From the NCBI GenBank assembly GCA_001687465.1, contig LVLI01000165.1:59628-79627 (forward strand): 20,000 nt of DNA. Direction: 5' to 3'. The DNA is from Halocafeteria seosinensis. Lineage: Eukaryota. The notes under the pieces are model-generated. The model was not told the DNA's origin. It did no database searches and saw only the letters and a list, made by a program, of their open reading frames with translations. Shown piece by piece: positions 1-11,800 of this stretch. Numbering within the stretch: the first letter of the stretch is position 1; every line of letters begins with the position of its first letter. Both the position numbers and the translations under genes were made by a program.

Positions 1-435
1 TCGCTCACAGAGACTTCTGTGGGCTAAGCAATCGACTTTCCCAAAATACACGGCGTTCGAGGAATCCTCGGAGGCCTTCTGCGCAGCTTCGTGGAAGGCA
101 GGGGCCATTCGACGGCAATGTCCACAGTTCTGCAAAGAGGATTGAAGAAAAATAATATCATCGATCGACTGAACCAAATCATCTGTACATCAACGCACTG
201 GTGAATAGAATTTGATGATCCAGCGCCCCGTGCTGATGTGTTGATCAAAGTTATCCGTCTCCAATGTGCTCACAGTCTTTTCCATTTCCGGTGATACCCA
301 CGGTTCGTCATTGGCCGAAGATGCAGCAAGGGTATATGGTCCTATCAGCGCCAAAAGACACACTAAAACAAGGGAAAACACCCTTGAACGACTGTGACTT
401 TGACGACTGGGTGTGCAGTGACTCTGAGGTGCCAT
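1..435 (-). CDS. Protein disulfide isomerase / thioredoxin-domain protein, 5' part (runs off the window start)
   Basis: ATG at 435, then a hydrophobic signal-like segment (VFSLVLVCLLALIGPYTLA). Exon 435-199 ends TLETDNFDQHISTGRWIIKFYSP. Intron 198-130 is 69 nt (GTGCGT...TTGCAG). Exon 129-1 reads NCGHCRRMAPAFHEAAQKASEDSSNAVYFGKVDCLAHRSLCER, carrying the CGHC active site and the GKVDC motif. Confidence 0.92.
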
Positions 436-812
436 TTCACCACTACCTCTCAATATTGCAAGGTTCTAAAAGCACCTATACGTGTGCACTAATATCATCT
501 ACTAAATTAACGCAAAAACGTTCAATTCAGTTCGTCTGAATGAATGTTTTGAAAGGGAATCTGCTCTGCGACCTGAGCTCCCGCACTTCTTAGGGAGGCA
601 CCCTTGAAGCTATCAACGTCATTCTTCGGAGTAGCAAGCAGCGCGATGAATATTTCGGCAGAAATTAAGCGGAGGGGCGTGATACTTCCTTAGTCTGTTT
701 ATTGTTGTGGTTTATAACATTGGGTACTTCTTTAGCCTTCTATAGCCTACCGACGCGGTGACCCGAACCACATGGACCCAGGCACGAAATCCATAGATAC
801 TGCCGCCTGGAT

Positions 813-1981
813 TCATTCATCAATCGCATCGAATTCACCCGAAGATTCATTCTTCGGATGTGTTCTCTTGAAAAATATTACTACGAGGCCACCGTAGAGG
901 TATCCAAGCATTTGTATCAAACTGATCAGTACCATCGCAGTGAAAGGGGCATGGTTGCATGATCCCCGTTTTGACACCTGATTGACCCTTGGAAGTCCGA
1001 ATTCATGGTTCTTACAAGCATTGTTGCCCGTTATAACCCGTTTAACGTCAGTACCGAATGAGTAGAGCATCAATAAGCCGGCAGCCACTATTAAGAATCC
1101 GACCTGGTAGCCAAGGAAGCCAAGTTCGATCAAATAGATACTTATTGAACACTTTCTTAGTCAGGGTTAAAGTACGTACCAACTTAAACCATCCAAATTT
1201 CTGTCGTATCAGTCCAACCAGTACGTAGATGAACAGCAGCAGGGAGAAGCCGCTCAATAGTCCTCTCCAGATATTGTTATTCGTTGGCCACGTACACCTT
1301 AGCTCACCATCCGCATGCTGTATCAAGCGCAAATTACCAAAGACTGCATAAGTTTACCTCTAGAAGAAAAAGTCATAATATACTTACAATAATCCAGAAC
1401 GGAGTGTGCTTGTCCAGGTCCCCATCCCCACACTTAACCTTGTCAACTGCGCAAGTCAGATCCAGGGTTATCAAGGACATCGTCGCTTCCACAAGTAAGC
1501 ATGGGCGTAACCCTTATTAGACCGAAACTGCTATACAACGTACCTTTCTCAATATTCACTGATAAGACAATGGTGGCCACTACTTGAGCTAGCGACACAA
1601 GCTGCGCATCAGAGACAACTGTAAGGCATATACCGTCTCTTGGGGATGATGCACAGGCCTACGAGCTAGACATACCCCTACCACAGTTGATAGTGTCAAC
1701 GTTGAGCCTTTGCGCTTGCCTGCTATACGCACACAGCCTCGAAGACAGCGGTAGATCCAGCTGCAACACCTCGCAAACCATCCTCGCTCGTCTGTTGTTT
1801 CTTCCTCACGGGATTCATTCGCTCCTCCAGAGAGCTGCTTTTTCTCGCTACCCCCGGATTTACTCCCCGTCTCGGGGCTCTCACCATACAAGGGGCGCTT
1901 GGAATCCCCGTCCTTCCTATTGCTTGACACATGAACCGTCCAGTCCTCCTGATCCCGGGGATTATCTGCAAACATGGACAT
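813..1981 (-). CDS. Four-transmembrane protein of unknown function (~283 aa, MARVEL/tetraspan-like topology)
   Basis: Exons 1981-1676, 1601-1544, 1446-1388, 1317-1180 and 1103-813 are joined by GT-AG introns of 74, 97, 70 and 76 nt, all phase-compatible. The spliced product has a hydrophilic N-terminus, four hydrophobic segments, two Cys in each of loops 1 and 3, and an acidic C-terminal tail. Confidence 0.8.
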
Positions 1982-2475
1982 TGTTGTCCCTTAGTCCATA
2001 CTACGTAGGAGCCTAGCTTATCAACATGGAGAAGCTTTCATGCGAATGGGGGCGAAAATTTTAACAAACCAACGATGCGTGAGCTTGGTGCGGGGTTTTG
2101 TCGATTCGATTCGATCTCCGAACCGCCAAACCGAATCCTCAACTTGAGGACCTCAAGTCCATGCTTCGTGCATGTCCTGTGAGTAGGAATTTTGTCACCC
2201 ACAACGGAATGTTCATTATACAGAGGACATATTGTCTAGCAGCTAAGCACGAGGAGCCCAAGAAATCACCACAGGTATGATGAGTTGGACAATCGGACTT
2301 GAGTTGAGAATCCATGGTCACGGCCACGGAAACTGAATCACGTGATAAGCACATGACGCAAAGATGCAGCAATTGTAAGTGCAAAAAACAATTCAACAGA
2401 CGAATGACTTGACCGGATCTATAGGTAATGTTGTGGCTGAAGAATTGTAAAGATTTTGACACCCCATCCAAACGT

Positions 2476-2529
2476 GAAGATGCGGTCAACTTCCTGACCG
2501 GTGAGCTGTCTGCCAGTGCCAGACTGTCA

Positions 2530-2562
<33 letters not shown>
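2476..2562. repeat. Dispersed repeat copy A, ending in a (GT)15 microsatellite (2533-2562)
   Basis: 2476-2512 matches 16860-16896 at 30/37 nt. Both copies are followed by TCACA and a GT run. Confidence 0.8.
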
Positions 2563-2564
<2 letters not shown>

Positions 2565-3543
2565 TCTTGGAGGGGGGCTTCCCACTTGCTTGCAAGTTGC
2601 AACCAAACTTGGTACCCGTTCAATATGCTACGATGCAGAAATGAAATTCATATACAACACTTATCATACCTTGCTCTCTGGTTAGCAATAACTTAGCATC
2701 CTTAATGCGTGCTTCCCGCAGACTCTGGTGTTGTACGTTTGTCATACGTTGATATCTATGTGGCAATAACTGAAGCCTTCCCCCTCTCCTGAACACAACA
2801 ACTGCCTCTGTCGATCAACAACCTCGTAATGGATCATGTTGACACTCGAACGTCACCATCATGAATACCCCTTGAGCCTGTCTTCCTCCCTCTCTGTGGT
2901 GAGAGCGGGTGTTGGATGCCACCGAGTGGAATGCGCCTTTTCCCTTCTCTCTCTCTCCTCTCCGGGAACTCTACACCAGCATTGGTGTCGCATAGCAATA
3001 AGATATGCCAAGAAGGCGGATCCACAGGCTTATCCCCAGCGTGGACACATCCTCATTCAGTCATCAGCGACACGAACGACGTGATTCTCCGGAGTAGCAT
3101 ACATGTGTACGTGCCTCTATCACACCGAATGAATATCACTTCTTCCCTCACCTGCATCTCTGTTTCTCTCGCGATTAAACCGAATGATCCAAAGTCACCG
3201 AATTTACCCAGTCAACGACACTATTAAGCCACCCCGTTTTGGTTAACTTTCGGGTGAAAGAATTCAACCCACTTGAAGTCGTTGGTTTTTTACTTTGTCA
3301 AATTCAACTTTTTCAACTTCCGTTAATAAGGACACACCCAAATACACATACACACACACTTCAACAAGTTGTTGCTCAACCGAAGCTCAACGTCATGATA
3401 ATCAATCAGGCTTGCAAGCTGTAATTTTAAAAGACTTGTTCGGCCACTCAGTGTACGCCCCCGACTGTGCACGAAAGAAAAAGCAAAGGGGTCGTGCTTA
3501 CTAAGTTAGCATCGACACTAGCACAATTGACATTCCCAAAACA

Positions 3544-4332
3544 ATGAAATGCTTCAAAGTTTCACAGGAAGCGCTCTTCGAAGTGCTCTCAATGAACAAA
3601 GGTGCTGATCCGTTTTACTATGGAACTGCTTCTGTGCCAATGTGGAACGGGCGAAAATTTGCCGAGAAGCATCCAGACGAGGGATGGCAGCTGTGGTACG
3701 CTTACTCCCGAAACCGTAGTGCCAGATACGAAGAATTGAAGACTGGGGGGCTACTTCCAGAACATGCGGAGGAATATAGAAATGCAGAAGATGAGACCGG
3801 TGGAGAGTGTGGTTTTCTCTTCTTCTTGAAACATGTTACATCCTCTGGAGGCGGCCAGACTGGCACTTCGCAGTCATCATCCTCCAGAGCATCGTCTACC
3901 GCAGAGGCTACTGACAAAATTACCGCGTCCGAGGAAAAGGAAATCGAAAATGATATTCAGCGAGCAAGGCAAAAAAGCAAGGAACGGATACAATCAATAC
4001 GCGATGGCCGAGACTATGAACGTAAACTGCGCCTCGACGCGAAGCAGTTAAGCGGGGAACTTGTAGGAGTAGTAAAACACTTGTTTCCGACACATATGGT
4101 TAATGTTTGCTTTGCCAGGCAAGATACTGATGGATCTGGATTGTGTCTTATTGTAGGATGTTTAGATCCTCATGACGGAGCCTGGGAAGATGAGGAGCAG
4201 GATGTGAACCTGAACGAATTGTATCCGTCCTGTTGCACCACCGAAACCGTAAAAGTAAAACTGGTGCACTATATCACCAAAGATACTCTGTGCACGGCAT
4301 CTGAACCATCGGATCAGGGGCCCTGGTATTGA
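3544..4332 (+). CDS. Hypothetical protein (262 aa), possibly the 5' part of a frameshifted longer gene
   Basis: Intronless ATG-started ORF with an ~97-aa globular N-terminal domain, a G/S-rich linker, a charged helix and a Cys-containing beta-rich region. Protein-like sequence continues past the stop in the +1 frame. Confidence 0.65.
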   Translation: MKCFKVSQEALFEVLSMNKGADPFYYGTASVPMWNGRKFAEKHPDEGWQLWYAYSRNRSARYEELKTGGLLPEHAEEYRNAEDETGGECGFLFFLKHVTSSGGGQTGTSQSSSSRASSTAEATDKITASEEKEIENDIQRARQKSKERIQSIRDGRDYERKLRLDAKQLSGELVGVVKHLFPTHMVNVCFARQDTDGSGLCLIVGCLDPHDGAWEDEEQDVNLNELYPSCCTTETVKVKLVHYITKDTLCTASEPSDQGPWY

Positions 4333-4600
4333 AGAAGACCGTAGTATTGCCAATCTTCAGGGAGGCTCTCCATTGTATCTTCCGGTGTCAAATTCTTATG
4401 TCACGTGCACTGTCATGCTCACTCCATGCATTGGGCTCACCGGGAAACATATCCACCGACGTTCGACCCTACCAACTTTGAGCCAATTATTTATGGTGAC
4501 AGTGAAAGATGCATTATAATCATGGTTGCATGGAGATTTGCCATTTGTCAGTGTTTGTTCTAAGCCTATTGTTTGTAGGAATATGCTGACGAAAAAAGCG
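4322..4600 (+). pseudogene. Possible decayed trypsin-like peptidase continuation of the 3544 ORF
   Basis: Frame 2 reads PGIEEDRSIANLQGGSPLYLPVSNSYVTCTVMLTPCIGLTGKHI...DAL*SWLHGDLPFVSVCSKPIVCRN, with a stop at 4517-4519. GLTGKH and GDLPFV resemble the catalytic His and Asp motifs. No GDSG Ser motif was found. Confidence 0.35.
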
Positions 4601-4972
4601 AATAGTATATCCACGGACTTGACCGGGTTTTTGCACCTAACTTGTATGCTACTTTGTACACCTTCATCTACAGGTTCATGCTGGTTTCATAATATCCGTT
4701 TGTATGCGGTATGCTGGGCTGCGACCGACCAGTTTGCTTGCTTACTGTGTTTGTGGCTTACAGTGGTTGGGTTGGTTTTGACTGTCAAACTTCCGCGCTT
4801 CCGATATAGTTAAGTCTCATAAAAGTTTGCTGTGTAGTACTTTACGTCCTCGTGTAATAATGGTAATGATGCCGGTGGGGCATTTTCGTGCATATTGTCC
4901 ATCTCTCCTTGCTTTTCGTCGTTCACTGATTGTTTGTCTTTGGGTTGCGCACGCGTGCAAGGAGCAAGAGCC

Positions 4973-5811
4973 ATGTCTTCCCCGAAACCGGAGGCATCGG
5001 CCGATACGCTCTCCTGGAAGCGTCAATTCGCCCCCTTTGTGGTGGTTTTGATCGCCGTGGGGCTCTCTCAGTTGCAAGAGCACTACCACCATGCTATTCG
5101 GAGGGCACCGGAGGGGGAGCAACATTACTTCCCGATCGTCGATTGGCTCAATTTACCCCCGGCGGACACAAAACCATACGCCACCTTCAGTGAATTTTAT
5201 CCCCATTACCTCGAGGAGCATTCCAAACAGTCGACCAAGAGGCTACACTTTGTCGGAACCACTCTCATCATCGCGGCGATGCTCTACAACCCAGGACTAC
5301 TGTATGCCGCAGGAAGCGCAGGTATGGACAGTATCGACTAGACAACTCGTTACACGATTTATTCTATTTCCTGAACTGAGCAGCTCTAATGGGTTACACT
5401 ATATTCCCTTATTTACGATGGTTGAGTACTGGTGTACCGGAAGGAATCATAGTATTGGGCACGTTTCTCGTTGTGGCATGGATGCGGACAGGGAGCTGGA
5501 AACTGGCGCTGCTCTTACCATTGTACGGCTTCACTTTTTAGATTTGAAGTGAAGGCTACTTGTATATATATTAATGCCTGGCACTGTGGTATTGCTTACT
5601 CGACAGATGTGGATATGGATTCGCATGGGTGGGACATTTCATGTTTGAACAAAACCGACCAGGTAGGTGAATCCCAAGATTCAAGCGTGTATGATCTAAC
5701 ACATCTTCTTCTGTGGCTACAGCTACATTCATATATCCCACGTTTTCTCTATTTGGGGACTTTACGATGTGGTACCAGATGATGACAAACACGAATGGGC
5801 TCCATATCTAA
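4973..5811 (+). CDS. DUF962 / Mpo1-like membrane protein (~210 aa)
   Basis: Exons 4973-5321, 5384-5522, 5607-5662 and 5723-5811, with introns of 62, 84 and 60 nt. Signature motifs FSEFYPHYLEEHS..TKRLHFVGT and [31 protein letters not shown] are present. Confidence 0.93.
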
Positions 5812-5815
5812 TAAA
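5810..5815 (+). promoter_or_regulatory. Candidate polyadenylation signal AATAAA overlapping the DUF962 stop codon
   Basis: The sequence TAATAAA at 5809-5815 contains both the stop and the hexamer. Only 75 bp separate it from the convergent gene's stop. Confidence 0.4.
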
Positions 5816-5886
5816 TGAGCTAAAAATGCACACATATTACATGATAACGTGTATTTGACTCGTTCTAAAACCAGTACCGTCACTGG

Positions 5887-8800
5887 CTAGGCAATTTCCG
5901 TTTCTGGATGAGGCGTAGAGTGCTGTGAGAGCATATCGGCGAAGACACGTTCAAGCCTTTGTAATCTTGGAGAATTAGGTGCAGGATCATTTCTCCAATT
6001 CCAAGCTTCACGATCTGACGCGCGTATACCGGCTTCAACATCGGAGTGGTGCTTGCTTGAAGACGGGGGAGGGGGTGGTGTAGGGGGCCGTTCTCGGTTT
6101 TCGGATAAATGTAAGTCCTCCATTTCTTGAGCCATCTTCCTCTGCAGTCTTTCTGCAAATTCAGCAGCTTCCTCTTTCCATTGAGCCTGTTCCGTGGATA
6201 CATCTTCCGCTCGGTTTACCGACGTATCTACTGAAGGCCACATGTGCCTCGGTTTAGTTCTGTTTCGGCTACGTTGCATCTGTGAGTCTATTTCGTCCCA
6301 TTCATTCCCACCGATCCAAAGCCGATCGTCTGATCCCCATACCCCGGGCATCCATTCAATTGCCCCACCCGCATCAACCTCGAGGCCTTCATCCCGCTGG
6401 CTTCCGCTACGCCCTCTTGAAGAATTCTCATCACTTCGTAGCATATCTTGCCACTGGTTAACTGCTCGCGCGTATGTACCACCACTGCTCTCGCGGGATG
6501 AGGATTTCTTCATACTCCTTTGGCTATGAGAATGGGGAATGCGATTGCGACTCTCGGTTTGCCTGCTAACGCTTTGCGGGATAAAGCGCCCATATTTATC
6601 CTTTGGACGGTGAACGGACGGTGCATTACCAACTCCGACAACATCAGCGGCAGTTTTCTCTTCTGAAGTACCGCTTCTCTGCCTTGGAATGTTCTCCCTC
6701 GAACCACTCCGTCTATTCCCTCGAGAACTTGCAGGAGGGGGAGGATAGAAGCCAACATCAGAGCCATCACGAGATGAACTCCGAGGAGTTGAAGGAGCCC
6801 CTTCTCGTTTGGAGGCTTGAGCGTTGTTTGTTTTTACTTTCGAAGTAACACGGCTATAGTCAGTTCTGGGTGGTTTGTTGTAAATAACCCGCGCACCACC
6901 TCCAGGCTTTTCCTCGCCGAAGGCCACGAACCCCTCGCCCTTTTCTTTCTCAGAGTCGTAAATCTCAGGACGCGTTATTGTTTTGGGTTTCACGTTTGAC
7001 CAGTCAAGCTTTTGAAATGACGGAGTCTTCGTCTGTCTCTTCAAGAATCGCTGATTTTGTGAACCTTGGGCGGCCGTATTCACTTTCTGTCCATAGCCGC
7101 TGCTACGGACATCCGTTTTCTGTTCTGGTGCCGCTTCCTCGTCGGCTGAAGACCGCAAACATCTCTGAAGTCGCAGGTGAGTTAATAGCAATGGGTGTGG
7201 TGGAATTAGGCGATATCGAAGGAACAGCTCTCCGCGAGCGTAGTCCCCACTCTTTCCACCCTGTAAAGGAACCCAAGCTTCACCATCTGTCCCACCGTAT
7301 ACGTTGTCATTGTCGAACGGTGTCAAAGCCTTATTTAGGCGCGAAACTTCTTTTGGAAACCCTATTGCGGGTTTCGGCTTTTGCAACGGCTGATTTCGAA
7401 CTTCCTCTAAGTGCTCCTTCATACGGCAGCTTTTCATTATATCGTTTATCATCACTTCGCCGCATCCGAGAAAAGTATCCTTCGTAAATCTGTCTGAGTC
7501 TTGGATTTCAAAATATATTCCAAATCCATTCCAGTCAAGATCGCAAAAACACTCTACAGGATTATGAGACGTGTACTGCGGAGGGTCTTCCGTGCTCTCA
7601 TGTCCCTGTATGTCAGTACTATCTTGCTTGCATGATTTTAGGGAACTATTCAGTTTCTGGATCTCTTCCTCTAACGAGGGTTTTCCCCGCTTCTTATGCA
7701 AATCCTCTTCGACCTCATTGGCTGCTTTTACCGGTATCGTTAATATCTTTGTGCTGTGCCACTCAGGATTTAGAGTCCCTGAAACCACTCCCGTATCAAA
7801 CCGCCTACTGATCACTTGCCGCGACGTCGACGTGCCATCGCTGCGCTGCTTGTGTAGTTTCTTCATCAAGCAAACTGAGACAAAAGCGTCGCGGGAACCT
7901 GGCTCTTTTGGCTTGAACATAACTGGCTTTTGGTCAGCGTCCGATTGCTGACTGGCCATACCCGGTCCAGCAGAAGGAACATTGGGGTCACTACTATTCT
8001 GTTTCAAATTCCGCGCTTGGACTATTTCCAAGACTAGTCTCCATTTACCAGACTCCTGTAGTCCCTTTGATATTCCTGACGCTTGAACGTTCCTTTTCTT
8101 GTTGTTTTTATTTTTCCAAGGCTTGTCGCTATCATCATTGGGCCTACCGCCAGACTCTGTGGCACTACCCCTGGATCCGGAGGATTGTTTCTTCAAGTTT
8201 GCTTCTCGTACTCTTCTTCCGTAATCCATCGCACGCTTACCTAGGGCACCACCCTTTAGAGTACTCTTTTGTCCTTGAGAAACCTGCTTCTTCGGTATCC
8301 TCTCAGCCTTTTGCCCGTTTGCCCTTAGTGCTTCACGCTCGGCAGCTGTGGCTTCGACAGCACTGCCGGTTCGCTGTGCAATCCGGCGTAACTTGAGCCA
8401 TTCCTGCGCAGCAGCAGTAGAATTTCCATTTCCAGTGACGTCCGAGAGTTCTTTTACTGCCGAGCGCACTTGCATTTGAAGTTGCCTCCGAAACGTTTGA
8501 GATGTCGCGTCATCTTCCTCGTTCTCTTCAAAGTCTTGCAGCTCTTTTTGAGCGTCTTTGATCTGCCTAGCTAGATTGAGGACACGTTTTGTTCTAAAGA
8601 GAGCTCTAATTTGGTGACCACGTAGTAGCGCCAGTAGAAGAGTGGCTTGTGGAACAGGAAAAGTGGCATTCGGCAAACCTTCATCTTCTGTCACAAACGA
8701 ACCTGCTTGTCTTTCCTCAGTACTTTGGACCCCATGAGCCTGGTGTAGTTGCCGCATATAAGCAAGGAAATCCTCGTTTTTCGATGAATGTTCTTCTCCA

Positions 8801-11800
8801 CTACTCTCTGGTACCATGGCTTGCTCCTTACCATGGTGCTCTGGAACACTTCCCATCACTGGGGGGTTATAGTAATGTTGTTGCTCACTGGCCACTCCGT
8901 AAGATGACTGCGGGGGATAAGCGTTATATTGCTGGACAGGTGGCTCGTCCAGACTCCGCAAATTCGTGCTGACATGATTTTCGTAAACATTAGGAGGCAT
9001 CGGAGGTCGCCCTGGAACGCTCTTCAGTTCGCTACCTAACGCGTACGATCGCTCACCAGAACGCTGAACCCCACTCCAGAGGAAATCACCACCAAGAGAA
9101 GCCCGAACGCTGGAATGAACACCATAGTGCTCATCACTAGAAGACGAGTATTCTTCCTCATTTTGATTTTCTTCTGTCGGTGAGTGTTCATTCGTTTCAC
9201 TTTCCCCACCCTGATCGTCGCTGCCAGGATTTTTCTTTTTTCTCGACTTACGCTTCTCTGACTCTTTCGAGCGATGACGGCCGGAATACCGGGAAGAATG
9301 TTTTCGCTTTTTGTGCTGTGAATGTCTTCGCCTCTTCCGCGTCTCCCTCTTTCTACTCTTTTTACGTCCTTTCTTTGTCCTGCTTCCCCGAGAACTACGA
9401 GGACTATCAGACGAGCTATCCGACTCACCCGATCTACTTCCTCCGCGTCGGTGTTTGTTCCTTCTATGAGACTGTACATCGTCTCGTGTTGTTCCCGATC
9501 GCGCGGTGACAACAGCGTCACTTTCAACTACGGAAGAATTTATAGCCGAAGCAATCGGTGGAGCCGCATCAGCTTGTTGCTGTTCTCCTGTTTGCATTGC
9601 AAATTCTTTAAAGTCTCTCTCACGTTCGCTTCCATTATGAGATAAAGAAAATTGCATATATTCCCTTGATACATTGGCACGATAAATTTCTGCTGCCGCG
9701 GCAGCTTCGTTGCCTTCTTTCCACAGTTGCATCGCTCTCGTAAATGCTTCAATACTGGTATTACTGGCTTCCGGCTTTTCCGGATTGACAATAGATTCGT
9801 TGACTACGTTGCGCACTTGTGTTGAAACCTGTGAAGTAGTCTCCTGCATCGACTTCATACCTACATAGCCAGGCAGGGACGAACTCGAATCGTCTGGTTG
9901 CCCGCTACCCTCTGTTTCTACCCCTATGCTCCGCAAGCTGCGTTGGCGTTCTTCTTCAGCATTATCTATGCTGGAAGAATGCTCCTCATGTTCTCTTTGG
10001 GGTGATTCCTGTCTCATCTGCACCCCTGCAGCTACCATCCCGTCACTACTCACCGCAGGCTCGTTCTCCTTCCCGGAAGAGTGCTCCTCTCCTTCTTGGT
10101 GCTGTTCCATCGAGCCCTTCGAAAGCATGTGTTTAGCACCTCTGGTTTCACGAGAATACTCATGCGGACTCTCGCCATCCAGCGGGATGGAGCTCTCATC
10201 TGAGCCTTGAGAGCTCTCGTCAAAGCTTAGTCGCGGAATTTCAGCAACCCTGCTTTCAGCATGGACTCTTTGTTCCTGTGTGAGGCGTTTAGATCCTTTC
10301 CGTTTCAGGGATTTCTTTGAGGATGGCCCCTCAGTATTCTGAGACTTCAATTCGTCCACTTTTCTATTCGGATCAACGGCAAGTGGTAGGTCGTCATCCT
10401 CTTCGGCTTCCGGCTGCTCAGATGGGACTGTTTTTCTGCCAGTGGTAGGAGAGGTTCGGTATTGAGGTGGGTTTATATCATATAAGTACTGGACTAGCCA
10501 AATAGAAGGCCGTTCAACAGGGTATAAACAGTAGGCTCGTCTTTGTAAACCCTCGATAGAGTACGCATGAGACCATTCGACAAGAACTTGAATGTCGTTC
10601 TCATCATTCCCATCAGGTGATACAGAGTCGATAACCGCGCAGCAGCGAGCGGAGGCATCATCACCGTTGACGCAGCGCTTCGAAGTCTGTTGGGGACTAT
10701 CTTCCCGATGAAGAAGTTTATACGTATGTCCATCTTGCCTCCAGCCACCAAGCCGCTTCTCATCGACGATGAATAACGACCCGCTATCTGGCTGAAGAGG
10801 AGGTCCTACAGGACCAACTGCGTCGTAAATTATATCCGCTGCTTTCTGAGCTCTGAATCTCAAGAAGTATGCTATACTCTCTGCAAACGAATGTCCCCGT
10901 TAAACACTACGACAGGTTGTAAAACAATTAGCGAGCAATCAGGTGGCAACGGAGTCTACTTACCCAAGGAGAGCCACTGCTCCCGTGCAATCTCGACGAG
11001 TTCAGAGAAATACATAGGCAGCCACCCGTCTTCTGCACTGTCTTCATCATTCTCATCGAACGAACCTTCGCTTCTCTCCTCACTCTCTGTGTAACTTTCC
11101 CCTTCTTCTGTTTCCACATCCACTTCTGTCGTATCAGCAAGTTGCATAAACTCTGTGTTTTCGCCACCACTAAAATGCTTATTGGGCATGTACTCCAGCT
11201 GTTCTAGGTATCGGTCAACATCCTTTTTTATAAAGTCCATGCCATTATCGTCCTCCTGCAAGCTACCAAACTTTTCGTTCCAATGTTTCTTTTCCTCTGT
11301 ATGGGGTTGAGATCCATGGGGTTGAAGCTGACGACTGTAGGTGTGTGAGTCGTCCCTGTCTGCTTCTTGGTCGTACAACGCTTGCCAATACTCTTCCCCA
11401 CTTATGTGCTGAAGTAGTTGCCCCTTCATCTCATCCGCCCCATATACATCACCTTTCTTCCTGTAGATATCTCCTTGAGGAACGTGTAGCTCTCGGTAAG
11501 AGGACGGTCTACCCATACCAGTAGAAGCTGCAGCCGCTGCTGCCGAGGCCGATGTCCTCCCTCTGCTTCCGTGACTGGTACTATGATCATGCTGTAGGTC
11601 ATGGAGGGATGACGATGATGACGAGAAAGACTCGTCATGGACATTCTGGGGACGTCCATAGGCTGCAGCGTCCAGCACATTCTCATCTTGCAAAGACGTG
11701 GCGACAGTTGCAGATGAGGGAGCCCTCCGTTGCTGCTGGTTTATGCCACTACTTGCACTGGTTGGCATCCCCACGGCCTGCTGCATACCTTCGTTAACTC

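Noticed and set aside
2098..3504. Short ORFs on both strands in the first accessory tract
   Set aside because: No consistent spliced model could be built and several ORFs cross microsatellites. Only the repeat homology is retained.
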